Shown: positions 54,464-63,761 of the stretch, one piece after another
Position numbering within the stretch: position 1 is the first letter of the stretch
Layout: the number at the start of each line of letters is the position of its first letter
From: Thermoplasmata archaeon
Lineage (GTDB): Archaea > Thermoplasmatota > Thermoplasmata > Halarchaeoplasmatales > Halarchaeoplasmataceae
Reading direction: 5' to 3'
Length of the DNA stretch: 64,000 nt
NCBI GenBank assembly: GCA_003553085.1
Contig: PUPH01000066.1
Coordinates: 568-64,567 of the forward strand
Program-made: the position numbers and the translations under genes
Notes under the pieces: generated by a model
Seen by the model: only the letters and a program-made list of their open reading frames with translations
Database searches by the model: none
Told to the model about the DNA's origin: nothing

Positions 54464-55234
54464 TCACCAGGGTCTTCTTCTTCTCTTTCTCTTTTTTAGA
54501 TAATAGAACACGAAGAATACAGCGGCTGCTATGATGATTATCGGTATCGCGAACCTCCAAGCACTGGGTTCGCCTTCCACATAGAACTCTTTCGTCAGGA
54601 GCTCTTCACCGAATTCTGGTTCTTCGTGCAGCCCGAAGTCCGCTCGTATCTCCAGCCTGTGTTTTCCAGCCTCCAGGTCCTCTTTGATCCACATGAATTC
54701 GACTGTTTTTGTCTCGTTCACTTCGAGTTTGTCTATGGTCTTAGTTTGCACCAATTCCCCGTCGATGAACAAGCCCACCAGCACATCTTCTAGATCATAA
54801 CCAGAGGTGTTCTCCACCTCAACGCTGGTCTCTATCGGTTTGTGGGAAGTCAGTTCGAATGTGGACTCGCGATACCTGGTCTCCTCATCATCAGAACAAT
54901 ACCCGACGATGGTGAATGAGAATGTTCCGGTGGTCGTTGCAGTCACCGTGAACTCGAATCTGTTTGTTTCTGAAGATTCATCCTCTACCGGATCTATATA
55001 CAACTCCAAGGGCACATCGACTATCTCATAGCTCCAATTTGTTGCCTCTTCCGAGAAACTGCCACGGATCTCCACTGCAAAATCCTCGGTCTCCTCTACG
55101 AACACATTATCTGGTCCATCTATATACAGGCTCACTCCGGTCTGGCTCATGGAGCCCTGTACCAAGGGTGTGAATAAGGAAGCCAAGAACAGTAGTGATA
55201 CTGTGATGACGATCATCCTTTTCATCAGTACCAC
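54464..55234 (-). CDS. 256-aa secreted, C-terminally TM-anchored protein with a CARDB-like module, co-transcribed with the giant aglB
   Basis: Signal MIVITVSLLFLASLFTPLVQG. CARDB-like ETSVEVENTSGYDLEDVLVGLFIDGELVQTKTIDKLEVNETKTVEFMW. TM WRFAIPIIIIAAAVFFVFYYL plus KKRKRRRRPW. Its start overlaps the aglB stop by 10 nt. Confidence 0.55.
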   Translation of the reverse strand: MVLMKRMIVITVSLLFLASLFTPLVQGSMSQTGVSLYIDGPDNVFVEETEDFAVEIRGSFSEEATNWSYEIVDVPLELYIDPVEDESSETNRFEFTVTATTTGTFSFTIVGYCSDDEETRYRESTFELTSHKPIETSVEVENTSGYDLEDVLVGLFIDGELVQTKTIDKLEVNETKTVEFMWIKEDLEAGKHRLEIRADFGLHEEPEFGEELLTKEFYVEGEPSAWRFAIPIIIIAAAVFFVFYYLKKRKRRRRPW

Positions 55235-58200
55235 CTCTTCTTTCTGATGTAGTATAGGGCTCCGAGTAATGCCAGTATGATTATCACTACCCAGTAACTG
55301 GTGCGCATCTCGAAGGTATCTTCCTCGAGTAAGATCCTCTCTCCGGTTAGCATGAGAGAATCGGGAGAGGTGAACAGATATGGTTTATCGATCTGGTAGG
55401 ATTCATGATCTTCAACCGTTGAGTCTCCACGGGACGTCGCCCGGACTTCTACAACGGGATCCGGAGTGGGGCTTCTTGTCCGTGCCTCTAGTGTTATCCT
55501 CACCTCTACTTTGCTGTCCTCGCTCACTTCATCGGTGCTGGATTCGATTGACACATCCCAACCCTGTTCTTCCAGTTCTACCATGTTCCGGATCTGAAGA
55601 TCGAACACATCGATACCATTACCAGTATTGTGAACTTGTATCGTATGTATCAGTCGCCCTCCGGAGATGGACTTCCGACTCGTACCGGGGATCAGTTCTA
55701 CACCGTAGTGCTGTTCTACATCGACACCCAATTCACCAGTGGTAGATTCATCGGAATTGAGTGATTCCACCTCGAACTCCATGGGTGGGTGATTGACGAT
55801 GGCGTCATCCGGTACGTGTAGAGTTATGCTTACCGTTGTGGACTCCTTTGGTCCTAATGATATCCTCGAAGGTTCGAACTCCATGTCCCAAACCGCTTTT
55901 GGTGCAGATAACCTGAATTCATCATCGGTGTTACCGGTGTTCGTTATGGTTACATCGTAATGTAAAGTGTCTCCTAGCTGTGCATCCTGGGTGATGATAT
56001 CACCTATGGAGGCACCGTATTCCTTTACCATGTTCAACTCGATATCTTTTTGTCGGTTGTAACTTAGATCGACCCTGTCATCAAACCTATACCGGACCTC
56101 GCCCAATAGATCATCATCTACACTGGTCTCAGTCGTGACTTGGTACAGTCCTTCAGGCAGCAGCAAGGTGTAGCTGCCGTCGTCCATGGAGGGACGCTCG
56201 ATCTCAAGTCTTTCATCGACTCGTACCACGTTCAACGTCGATGGAGTCTTTTCGCCCCTACGGATGATGTCCCCGGTGAGTCTGTATGCGGGTTCAAGAG
56301 TTATGTTGAGCGTATCGTCGGTCTCGCCCATAGCGAAGGATTCCAGTACCGCATAGGGTCTCCTTACACCTTCATATTCTATGTGTATCGAGTATAATCC
56401 TTTTGACAATGGAACCGAGTATGTACCATCTGATGAGGTTTCGACTGATGTAGAAACCGCCTCAGGTGATTGTGCGGTGAACCTGATCTCAACGTCAGGT
56501 ATCAACTCGCCGTCCAACCTGAGTTCACCACTAAGGGTGGGATATACCATCTCTCTCTCCAGGGCTATATGTGGTGAAGTAGAGACCGTGAGATCGTAAA
56601 CATCTGTGTAATGATATCTAACATCCCTCATTATCCCATCGATGGGTTCCGTGGTCTCATGATCAACACTCACTTCGTATTCACCGGGTGCTAGATTAAC
56701 CGTGAACGAGCCGTCCTCGTCAGTTGTTCGCGTTATACTGTAACCGCTATCGAGGTTTTCAAACGTCATATCGATGTTCTCTCTGGGCTCACCTGCATAA
56801 GTGACTAATGGTGAAAATACCGCCGCGGATTCCAGTGTGATATTGTGTTCTACGGGACCCTCTACAACCAATCTTTCACTGGCTGCTAGATCCCCATCTC
56901 TATCCGCTACCCATATGGAGTAAGTACCCAAAGGTAGCTGGATATCATAAGTACCGTTCTCAAGTACGACCTCCTTCTCCCTGGGTCCTTGGATAGATAT
57001 GGTGGCAGGGGTTTCCTGTCCCGCTTCATCTAATATGGAACCGTGTACTCGTACCGCGTGTTCCGCATCAAGATCGATCTCTACCGAACTGTCGGTCGGT
57101 TCGATCTCGACTCTTTTTTCCACGTAGTATCGGGCACCATCGTCTACGGGATGATCAATGATGATATCGTAAACCCCGGGCTGTACATGCATCTCGTATG
57201 TACCATCCACGATGCTGGCTTCGGTATCTACAGCCCCTTCTCCTACCGCTTCGAATTGTACCTCCGAAGTGTCCGGCATCACCGAACCGTTAACGGTCAC
57301 GCTCCCATGGACGTGTACATCCTTTGCCTCCAAAGCGAAGAGGGGTCCGAATTCATCTTCAGGATGGTAGGATATCACTTTTTCGTGGAATCCTTCCTTG
57401 GTGAAGCGTATCTCGACTTCTTCGTTGGGAAGCACTCCTGTGAACCTTCCAGTCGGAGATGAGATCATCCTTATCGAATGACCGTCGGTGATGACTTCGA
57501 TCATGGCGGATACGCCTTCTCCTTCGTCATACTCTTCATCGAAGTCCATATCTCTATATGTTCGTCCCTCGACTGCATGACCAACTGAAGGTGAGATCGT
57601 GAATGTTCTGTCCGAGTCCAATGTGAATGAGGTCCTGTAATAATGAGCAACGGCTAAGTCCATCTTCCAGCCGTAAGCTGTGTAAGAGTCCTTGGGTAAG
57701 TACAGACTAACCCGACCTTCGGCGTTGCTCTTCGTCTCGATTATGGTCCCGTCGGCCGTAGCGAACTCAAGGTTGAATGATTCCACTGGTTCGTCGTCCA
57801 TCTCCACATCTGCCCGGATCCGGTGACCCTTTTCAAACTGGGCAACATAATCCAGATCTTCGGGTACGGTGAGCATGCCGAGATGTACTATCCTCTCTGA
57901 TCCTCTCTGTGAAGTACCGTGAACTGTGTAAACACCTGCGGGCAGTTTCACATGGAATACACCATCTGAATCGGTAACAACAGATTGAGAGTAGGTTCTA
58001 CCCAAGGCACCGGTTAGGGATATCCTTTGACTCGCTAATGTCGAACCGGAACTGTCTTCAGCTACACCGGATACCCAATGTGCATGAGTAACGTTCAGAT
58101 CCCGTTCTTCGGTCATCCCAGCTTCTAATTCAAAGGTCTGTGGACCCTGGGTCAGAGTGTATTCATCCTGTTCAGCTCCTAACTGGTATTCACCTGGTAA

Positions 58201-61200
58201 GATGTGTGAGAAGGTATAGTTACCATCGATATCCAAGGTTTCCGTGAATCGCTCTCCGGTCAGTTTATGTTCTAGATACAGTACTACGTTCTGAATGTCT
58301 GGATCATCAATGGAGGCCATCCCTGTCAACGTTGATGTTTCAACCTCGATATCCCAGGACACCTCTTCTCCAGGCTCGATACTTATATCCTCGGCAGGGG
58401 TTCCTGGTATATCGGATTCTAGTACATATGAACCGGGTATCAACCCAGTGAACGTATAACTACCTTCAGTCTCCACTTCGTATTCATAACCGTAACGTTC
58501 ACTGGTAAGTGTTAACGTGGAAGGTACGAGGGTGTCGTTAGCAGGTGTATAATCTCCGCTATCGTCCTTGTCGATGAAAACATTGGCCGTCAATTCTCCT
58601 GTTTCGACCTCAATATCCTTGTTTATCAAGTAATCCCAACGGCCATCACCTGTGCGATCCGTCCTCCTTCTCATGGATTGATCTCGAGAAACCTCCAGAG
58701 ATTCGATGCCTAGAGGAACAGATTCGGTCTTAGTGAGAGTGTCTTCGTCTTCACCGGTGGATATGACAAGAGTCAATTCACCGGCCGGTGCTTTGATCTC
58801 ATAACGTCCTTCATCGTCTGTATATGTCACCTGGTGAGGAGTACCCATCTCATCAAGGATGGTGACTCGTGCGTCAGGTACTGGTTCGCCTCCTTCGGTG
58901 GCCACGGTTCCAGAAACCAAAGCTCCGTGGAAGTACTCTATGAAGACGACACCTTGACGTAAGTAGCTTCCTGCGCTGAGATCCACCGTTCCTTCCTCCT
59001 GCTCTTGATATCTGATGGCATCTTGTAGAGATACAGCTCTCCAATCTTCAGGATGATCCCTAACCGTTTCCTCGGGGTGTGGATTCCAATAAGCAGTCCT
59101 CGTTGCTATACGGAAATTTTCCATACCCCAAGCGGGTAAGGGTTGTTGTTGGGGGTCGTCTATCCCCGGTATACCCTCATCAGGTGTTGCACCGGTGGGG
59201 TTGGCTCCCGGGTTTGTAGTCGTCATGTCACCCATGGCATGATCTTGGAACATGTTACCCTCTTCGAACTCTATATCCTCCATGTCAAAATCTTCGGGAT
59301 CTATTTCTGGATCCATACCAGGGTCCATACCAGGGTCCATACCAGGGTCCATACCGGGATCAGGCACTTGCTCCGGAACATCTACTTCATGAAGTCCATA
59401 CCCCACGAAGGTTCGGAATAGAGTAGTGTTGAAAAATTCAGGTTTGTGATTCAGTTTGAAATCATGTATCTGGACTTCTGGAGGTATATCGTCAGGATCT
59501 TCGTACTCGTTACCCTCCGCATCTACATATACTATATTATAGAAGTCGATGGGAGTACGTTCGAACCGTTCCTCACCTATACGATACCCTGCTAATTTTG
59601 CAGGTGCATAGAAGATGCCCGTCTGTCTCGCATCGAAGGGGAACAATCTCGTATCGACTGCGATGTATTTTATCAAGGTGTCCGTTTCTTCCGTCAGATC
59701 GTAATATAACTCCACCAGAGTATCCAATTGTTCGTGGGACAGTTCACCCATCAGTTTGGCATACATCACATTTTCAGGGTGGATGTCGTCAGCCCGTGGA
59801 TGGTATCTGTCTGGATTGGCGAGGACTTCGTCCGTGTAATCTTCCCGGTTCAAGAACACATCTTCCACTAGATCTGTCTTTTCCTCCCCTAAGTGGTCTA
59901 CTAGGATGTTGCGTATCTCTCCAGCGATACCGTCATCTTCTCGTACCGGCGGTTCTAGAGTTCTTACTATGAGCAGTGAAAGCAGCTGTGATTCGTTTTG
60001 AGACATCAGCACGTTACCGGCTATGCGGTGACCTGTAAGGAAATTGTCGGCAACACTTGGATGTTGAGCTCTCTGTACGGCTTCGAACCCATAATCCCAC
60101 CAACTGAGGAATCCTGGACGTTTCTCTGGCGGTAGGTGCGAATTCTCCTCCTTCAGCCATTCCCATGCTGCAGGCCAGTAATCGGTCGGTTTATCTAAGC
60201 CGAAGCCGAAGGCCCCTAGGTGCCAATTCTGCGCCTGGTCTTCATCAAAATCCTCGGGCTGAAGTGCACCAGGTATGACCCTATTGATCTGCCTATCGTA
60301 TTGATTCTTTGTTTCGAAGGGGATGCCCGCGTCGAAGCCGTAAAGTACGTTGGGCATCACCAGTAAGAAGGCTATGAACAGAACAACCAGCACATGAGAT
60401 ACTTTGATACTCCGTTTCAAACCCATGAACACATCGCCTCTGAATCCTTTAAGACGACGGTAAATCATATGGAATTGAGCTTTATCCGCTACCAATGCAC
60501 CAACCCAACCTGCCATCAGGGCGAAAGCGGGTGCACCGTTGAAGATGAACCTAGCTGCAGATGTGGCCATGTATATAGCAAAAGCCGCCCAGATAAGGAT
60601 GAACAGGAAATTTGTAGTCCATTTGCCCCATGTATACCATAGACCTAGAGCGATACCCGCGATGGATAAAAAGAATGTAGCTGGACCGAACGAAAGCACT
60701 AGATTGCTGAATTCGGGTGCTTGCGCCTCGGCGATGGTCTCCATGGCCTTGGTCCGTGTGAAGTATCCTGCACCAGTGGTGAGTGCTTCCATGAAACCTG
60801 GTGAAAAATAAACTGCATATATCAATAGTCCAGCAACTAGTACGGCTAGTGCAGAGAAAACAAGTATCCATGGATAATCTCTGGTCACAGTAAGTATGAC
60901 CCCACCGATAAGACCTATGGTGATTATGATCAACGGAACGTCAAACCAGATACCTACGCTTTGTGGCAGATTGGCACCAAGACCGGTTGCAAGGTAGAAC
61001 GGTGCTGCTACGGTTATACCGATGACTAGAGTTACCATCACACAGGCTGTTACACCGAGTGAATCCCGATAACGGAATTTGTCTAGTAATAATTGTATAT
61101 AGTAATAAGCAAGTATTATAACAACAACATAGGCAAAACCCTGCCAGCTCAGTGCGACAGTTGCAACACACATACCTGCCATTGCGGAGTAAAGGATCGA

Positions 61201-61896
61201 CTTTTTATTTTCACGGATAAAAGTTGAGAGACCCTCTCTGATGGACGAACGTTCCGTCCAATCCGTCACCCATTTCCTGTGTTCTGGGATATATTTTAGG
61301 GCCTTCATAAGGAAGTAGAAACCCGTTATGGCAAAGAACAGATATATGGCATCGTGATCCGCGTTACCTATGGGACTTCTCTGCATATGACCTGCGCTTA
61401 TGGCCAGAAGGAAAGCTGCAAACATCCCCGCCTTTTTCCCAAAGGTATCTCTACCGAGTAGATAAACCGGGAATATGGTCAGAGCTCCCCAGAATCCCGT
61501 GGATAGGATCAGTGAATAGTGAACGGACTGGGTGAGATCTCCAACCAGAGGAGCGAATAAACGTCCAGTCAGCGCTACTGTCCAACCATAAAATGGAGGA
61601 CGGGGATTGATACGGCCTATGGGATAATTCAGTAAGTTATCGTGATAAAGATGTCTGCTATTGAATGCGATATATTCTACGATCCTCTCATAATAATACG
61701 CGTCGGAACCACCTGTCAGTAGATACGGGGTTCCAAACTTGGTCGACATTTCAAACGCAAAGTATGTTCGGATGAAGAAAGCTAGAACGAAGATCGCACC
61801 AAGGCAGATCGCAGTACTCCATCTATCCTCGAGCATCGATCCGTCCTGTGAAGCGTCGTCCTGCTTACTTCGTATTTTGGGCATACGTAACCTCAT
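55225..61896 (-). CDS. aglB: Archaeal oligosaccharyltransferase AglB/STT3 (residues about 1-995) fused to about 1230 aa of carboxypeptidase-regulatory-like Ig repeats, CARDB/NEW3-like modules and a C-terminal TM anchor (2223 aa in total)
   Basis: The multi-TM N-domain has an EL1 acidic motif (TGGSDAYYYE) and the catalytic WWDYG motif (PGFLSWWDYGFEAV, residues 599-603). From about residue 996 there are repeated modules of the type GTVATEGGEPVPDARVTILDEMGTPHQVTYTDDEGRYEIKAPAGELTLV. Near the C-terminus, YDVTITNTGNTDDEFRLSA and IQVHNTGNGIDVFDLQIRN. The final TM is YWVVIIILALLGALYYI plus RKKRWY. Confidence 0.85.
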   Translation of the reverse strand: MRLRMPKIRSKQDDASQDGSMLEDRWSTAICLGAIFVLAFFIRTYFAFEMSTKFGTPYLLTGGSDAYYYERIVEYIAFNSRHLYHDNLLNYPIGRINPRPPFYGWTVALTGRLFAPLVGDLTQSVHYSLILSTGFWGALTIFPVYLLGRDTFGKKAGMFAAFLLAISAGHMQRSPIGNADHDAIYLFFAITGFYFLMKALKYIPEHRKWVTDWTERSSIREGLSTFIRENKKSILYSAMAGMCVATVALSWQGFAYVVVIILAYYYIQLLLDKFRYRDSLGVTACVMVTLVIGITVAAPFYLATGLGANLPQSVGIWFDVPLIIITIGLIGGVILTVTRDYPWILVFSALAVLVAGLLIYAVYFSPGFMEALTTGAGYFTRTKAMETIAEAQAPEFSNLVLSFGPATFFLSIAGIALGLWYTWGKWTTNFLFILIWAAFAIYMATSAARFIFNGAPAFALMAGWVGALVADKAQFHMIYRRLKGFRGDVFMGLKRSIKVSHVLVVLFIAFLLVMPNVLYGFDAGIPFETKNQYDRQINRVIPGALQPEDFDEDQAQNWHLGAFGFGLDKPTDYWPAAWEWLKEENSHLPPEKRPGFLSWWDYGFEAVQRAQHPSVADNFLTGHRIAGNVLMSQNESQLLSLLIVRTLEPPVREDDGIAGEIRNILVDHLGEEKTDLVEDVFLNREDYTDEVLANPDRYHPRADDIHPENVMYAKLMGELSHEQLDTLVELYYDLTEETDTLIKYIAVDTRLFPFDARQTGIFYAPAKLAGYRIGEERFERTPIDFYNIVYVDAEGNEYEDPDDIPPEVQIHDFKLNHKPEFFNTTLFRTFVGYGLHEVDVPEQVPDPGMDPGMDPGMDPGMDPEIDPEDFDMEDIEFEEGNMFQDHAMGDMTTTNPGANPTGATPDEGIPGIDDPQQQPLPAWGMENFRIATRTAYWNPHPEETVRDHPEDWRAVSLQDAIRYQEQEEGTVDLSAGSYLRQGVVFIEYFHGALVSGTVATEGGEPVPDARVTILDEMGTPHQVTYTDDEGRYEIKAPAGELTLVISTGEDEDTLTKTESVPLGIESLEVSRDQSMRRRTDRTGDGRWDYLINKDIEVETGELTANVFIDKDDSGDYTPANDTLVPSTLTLTSERYGYEYEVETEGSYTFTGLIPGSYVLESDIPGTPAEDISIEPGEEVSWDIEVETSTLTGMASIDDPDIQNVVLYLEHKLTGERFTETLDIDGNYTFSHILPGEYQLGAEQDEYTLTQGPQTFELEAGMTEERDLNVTHAHWVSGVAEDSSGSTLASQRISLTGALGRTYSQSVVTDSDGVFHVKLPAGVYTVHGTSQRGSERIVHLGMLTVPEDLDYVAQFEKGHRIRADVEMDDEPVESFNLEFATADGTIIETKSNAEGRVSLYLPKDSYTAYGWKMDLAVAHYYRTSFTLDSDRTFTISPSVGHAVEGRTYRDMDFDEEYDEGEGVSAMIEVITDGHSIRMISSPTGRFTGVLPNEEVEIRFTKEGFHEKVISYHPEDEFGPLFALEAKDVHVHGSVTVNGSVMPDTSEVQFEAVGEGAVDTEASIVDGTYEMHVQPGVYDIIIDHPVDDGARYYVEKRVEIEPTDSSVEIDLDAEHAVRVHGSILDEAGQETPATISIQGPREKEVVLENGTYDIQLPLGTYSIWVADRDGDLAASERLVVEGPVEHNITLESAAVFSPLVTYAGEPRENIDMTFENLDSGYSITRTTDEDGSFTVNLAPGEYEVSVDHETTEPIDGIMRDVRYHYTDVYDLTVSTSPHIALEREMVYPTLSGELRLDGELIPDVEIRFTAQSPEAVSTSVETSSDGTYSVPLSKGLYSIHIEYEGVRRPYAVLESFAMGETDDTLNITLEPAYRLTGDIIRRGEKTPSTLNVVRVDERLEIERPSMDDGSYTLLLPEGLYQVTTETSVDDDLLGEVRYRFDDRVDLSYNRQKDIELNMVKEYGASIGDIITQDAQLGDTLHYDVTITNTGNTDDEFRLSAPKAVWDMEFEPSRISLGPKESTTVSITLHVPDDAIVNHPPMEFEVESLNSDESTTGELGVDVEQHYGVELIPGTSRKSISGGRLIHTIQVHNTGNGIDVFDLQIRNMVELEEQGWDVSIESSTDEVSEDSKVEVRITLEARTRSPTPDPVVEVRATSRGDSTVEDHESYQIDKPYLFTSPDSLMLTGERILLEEDTFEMRTSYWVVIIILALLGALYYIRKKRWY
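59309..59358 (-). repeat. 12-bp tandem repeat x4 inside aglB, encoding (DPGM)4
   Basis: Plus strand: GGATCCATACCA GGGTCCATACCA GGGTCCATACCA GGGTCCATACCG. Translated on the minus strand this gives PDPGMDPGMDPGMDPGMDPEIDPEDFD. Confidence 0.85.
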
Positions 61897-61989
61897 TAGT
61901 ATTCACCTGAATCAACGTGTGGAACAATCTCATGAAGCCTCTACTATTTATAGATTATTCATGCCCGTGTAGGAGCCCAGATGGAAAAT

Positions 61990-63120
61990 TCAGTCTTTGA
62001 GTAAAAATTCTTCCAATCTGTCCCTTGCTCTCTCTCTCCGTTCTTGATGTTTCTTCAAAAATGATCTGATCTTTTCTTTCAACAATCCCTTGCATTCTCC
62101 ACAGAGCAGATCGCCCCTCCTACATCTATCGGCGATATCGGCGACCCGTTCATCATCCTCTTCGAAAAGATAATATCTGTAGTTCTGAACCGCACATATA
62201 TCCGGGTTCCCGCCCTTCTCCCTCTGTTCCTTTGCAGACATCCTACCTCCGGTGAAAGCCTCTGATATCTTTGCATCTACATCTTCCGGTGTATCCGTGG
62301 TGAAGATGGTGGTCTTAGGTATACTCGCAGACATCTTCCCAGTACCATCTAAGGAAGGGGCTAATTTGTTGTGTAATAATGCCGGTTTATGGTAGCCTAT
62401 GGTCTCTGCTACGTCCCTGGTAACTCTGAAGTGTGCGTCCTGATCGATCCCGCAGGGGATCAACACGGGGACCTTTCTACCCTCTCTGTCTGACGGCAGA
62501 AAACAAGGGGCGGATTGCATGGAGGTGTAAAATATGCTGCCTACGTTGGCTGAGTTATCGAAACCGAACACTGCCTTTACCGTTGAAAAATTTACACGCT
62601 TCGCTACTTTCAGAGCTAATGGATATAATGTATGTATATAATCCGTATCAGCGAAAATGAAGGTCTTCTCTGGGTCGAATCCTAGTGCGATTATGTCCAA
62701 GGCGTTCTCCATGGCATAGGAGTAGGTATCCTCCATCTCCAGATCGAAGTTGAATAGGTATTTCTCGTCGTCGGTCAATTGAAAGTATAGATCGACACCG
62801 AACTTATCCTGCATCCATCTGGCGAATATCCAAGGCATAAGATGACCGACGTGGGTGTGACCCGATGGTCCACGGCCGGTGTATAGTGCGAACTTGTTCC
62901 CCTTCTCGTACTGGTCTAAGATCCATTTTAGATCTCTATGAGAATAGAATATGTTCCTACGCAGCATGAAGTGTACTTCTCCAGCTATATTTTCTATACG
63001 CTGTTTCAACTCTTCATCGACCCTGGATGTGCCAAACCGCTCTACCAATTCGTCGTAATCTATATTACCGCTGACTTCCCAAGGCGTGAGGACGTACTCT
63101 TCTTTATCCGACCGGGTCAT
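61990..63120 (-). CDS. trpS: Tryptophan--tRNA ligase (archaeal/eukaryotic type)
   Basis: YTGRGPSGHTHVGHLMPW (HIGH-type), KMSAS (GKMSASIP), 376 aa. C-terminal Cys4 cluster C-x23-C-x6-C-x2-C. Confidence 0.9.
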   Translation of the reverse strand: MTRSDKEEYVLTPWEVSGNIDYDELVERFGTSRVDEELKQRIENIAGEVHFMLRRNIFYSHRDLKWILDQYEKGNKFALYTGRGPSGHTHVGHLMPWIFARWMQDKFGVDLYFQLTDDEKYLFNFDLEMEDTYSYAMENALDIIALGFDPEKTFIFADTDYIHTLYPLALKVAKRVNFSTVKAVFGFDNSANVGSIFYTSMQSAPCFLPSDREGRKVPVLIPCGIDQDAHFRVTRDVAETIGYHKPALLHNKLAPSLDGTGKMSASIPKTTIFTTDTPEDVDAKISEAFTGGRMSAKEQREKGGNPDICAVQNYRYYLFEEDDERVADIADRCRRGDLLCGECKGLLKEKIRSFLKKHQERRERARDRLEEFLLKD

Positions 63121-63216
63121 GTTAACAGCAGACTGCGTACGACTATAAAAAATCTATCACTTTCAGCTACCCCCTTATACAATATATTTATACAAAGACT
63201 GGTTTAAAGTGGTGTC

Positions 63217-63606
63217 ATGCGTAAAAATACTCACATCGTCGGTGGTATCCTTTTCGGGTTCATGGGGCTGTTGATACTCGAATCTTTCAAAAGAGGAGCA
63301 CTGCCTCACATCGGATGGTCCCTTGAGTCCATACTGCACATGTCTTTCATATCCATATTCCTCATGGCAGCTATGTCCATCTTCGGAGCCATACTTCCGG
63401 ATATCATCGACCCCCCTTTTACTGCAAAACACCGACGGTTCGCCCACTCTAAAGCGCTTCTGTTCATACTGTTGGTCCTTTGGGCGATAAGTTTTATCTC
63501 CCTGTTGGATAGATCCTCCTTGGGGGTCCTAGCGATCTATTATTTTTTACTCGGATACATATCTCACCTAGCACTCGACTCGCTTACACCAAGTGGTCTG
63601 TGGTGA
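63217..63606 (+). CDS. Membrane-bound metal-dependent hydrolase-like protein (YdjM/DUF457 family)
   Basis: 129 aa with 4 TM segments. HIVGGILFG, LPDIIDPPF, HRRFAHS and HLALDSLTPSGL motifs are typical of the family. Confidence 0.6.
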   Translation: MRKNTHIVGGILFGFMGLLILESFKRGALPHIGWSLESILHMSFISIFLMAAMSIFGAILPDIIDPPFTAKHRRFAHSKALLFILLVLWAISFISLLDRSSLGVLAIYYFLLGYISHLALDSLTPSGLW

Positions 63607-63761
63607 GTGAGCATTTAGTGGGTAAAATTTTCTCCATACTTCGATCTGATAGATATCTGTAAAAATATATCCATACGCAGACCTAGTACCAAATGATCGA
63701 AAGATGTGAAAAAGAAAAAGATTTCCACACGCAGACCTGTCTGATGACCAATCCGAAATGT

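Noticed and set aside
63607-63761. 5S rRNA or tRNA gene downstream of the 23S
   Set aside because: I could not find a 5S-like helix I/loop A/loop E pattern or a tRNA cloverleaf by eye on either strand. A covariance-model scan is still needed.
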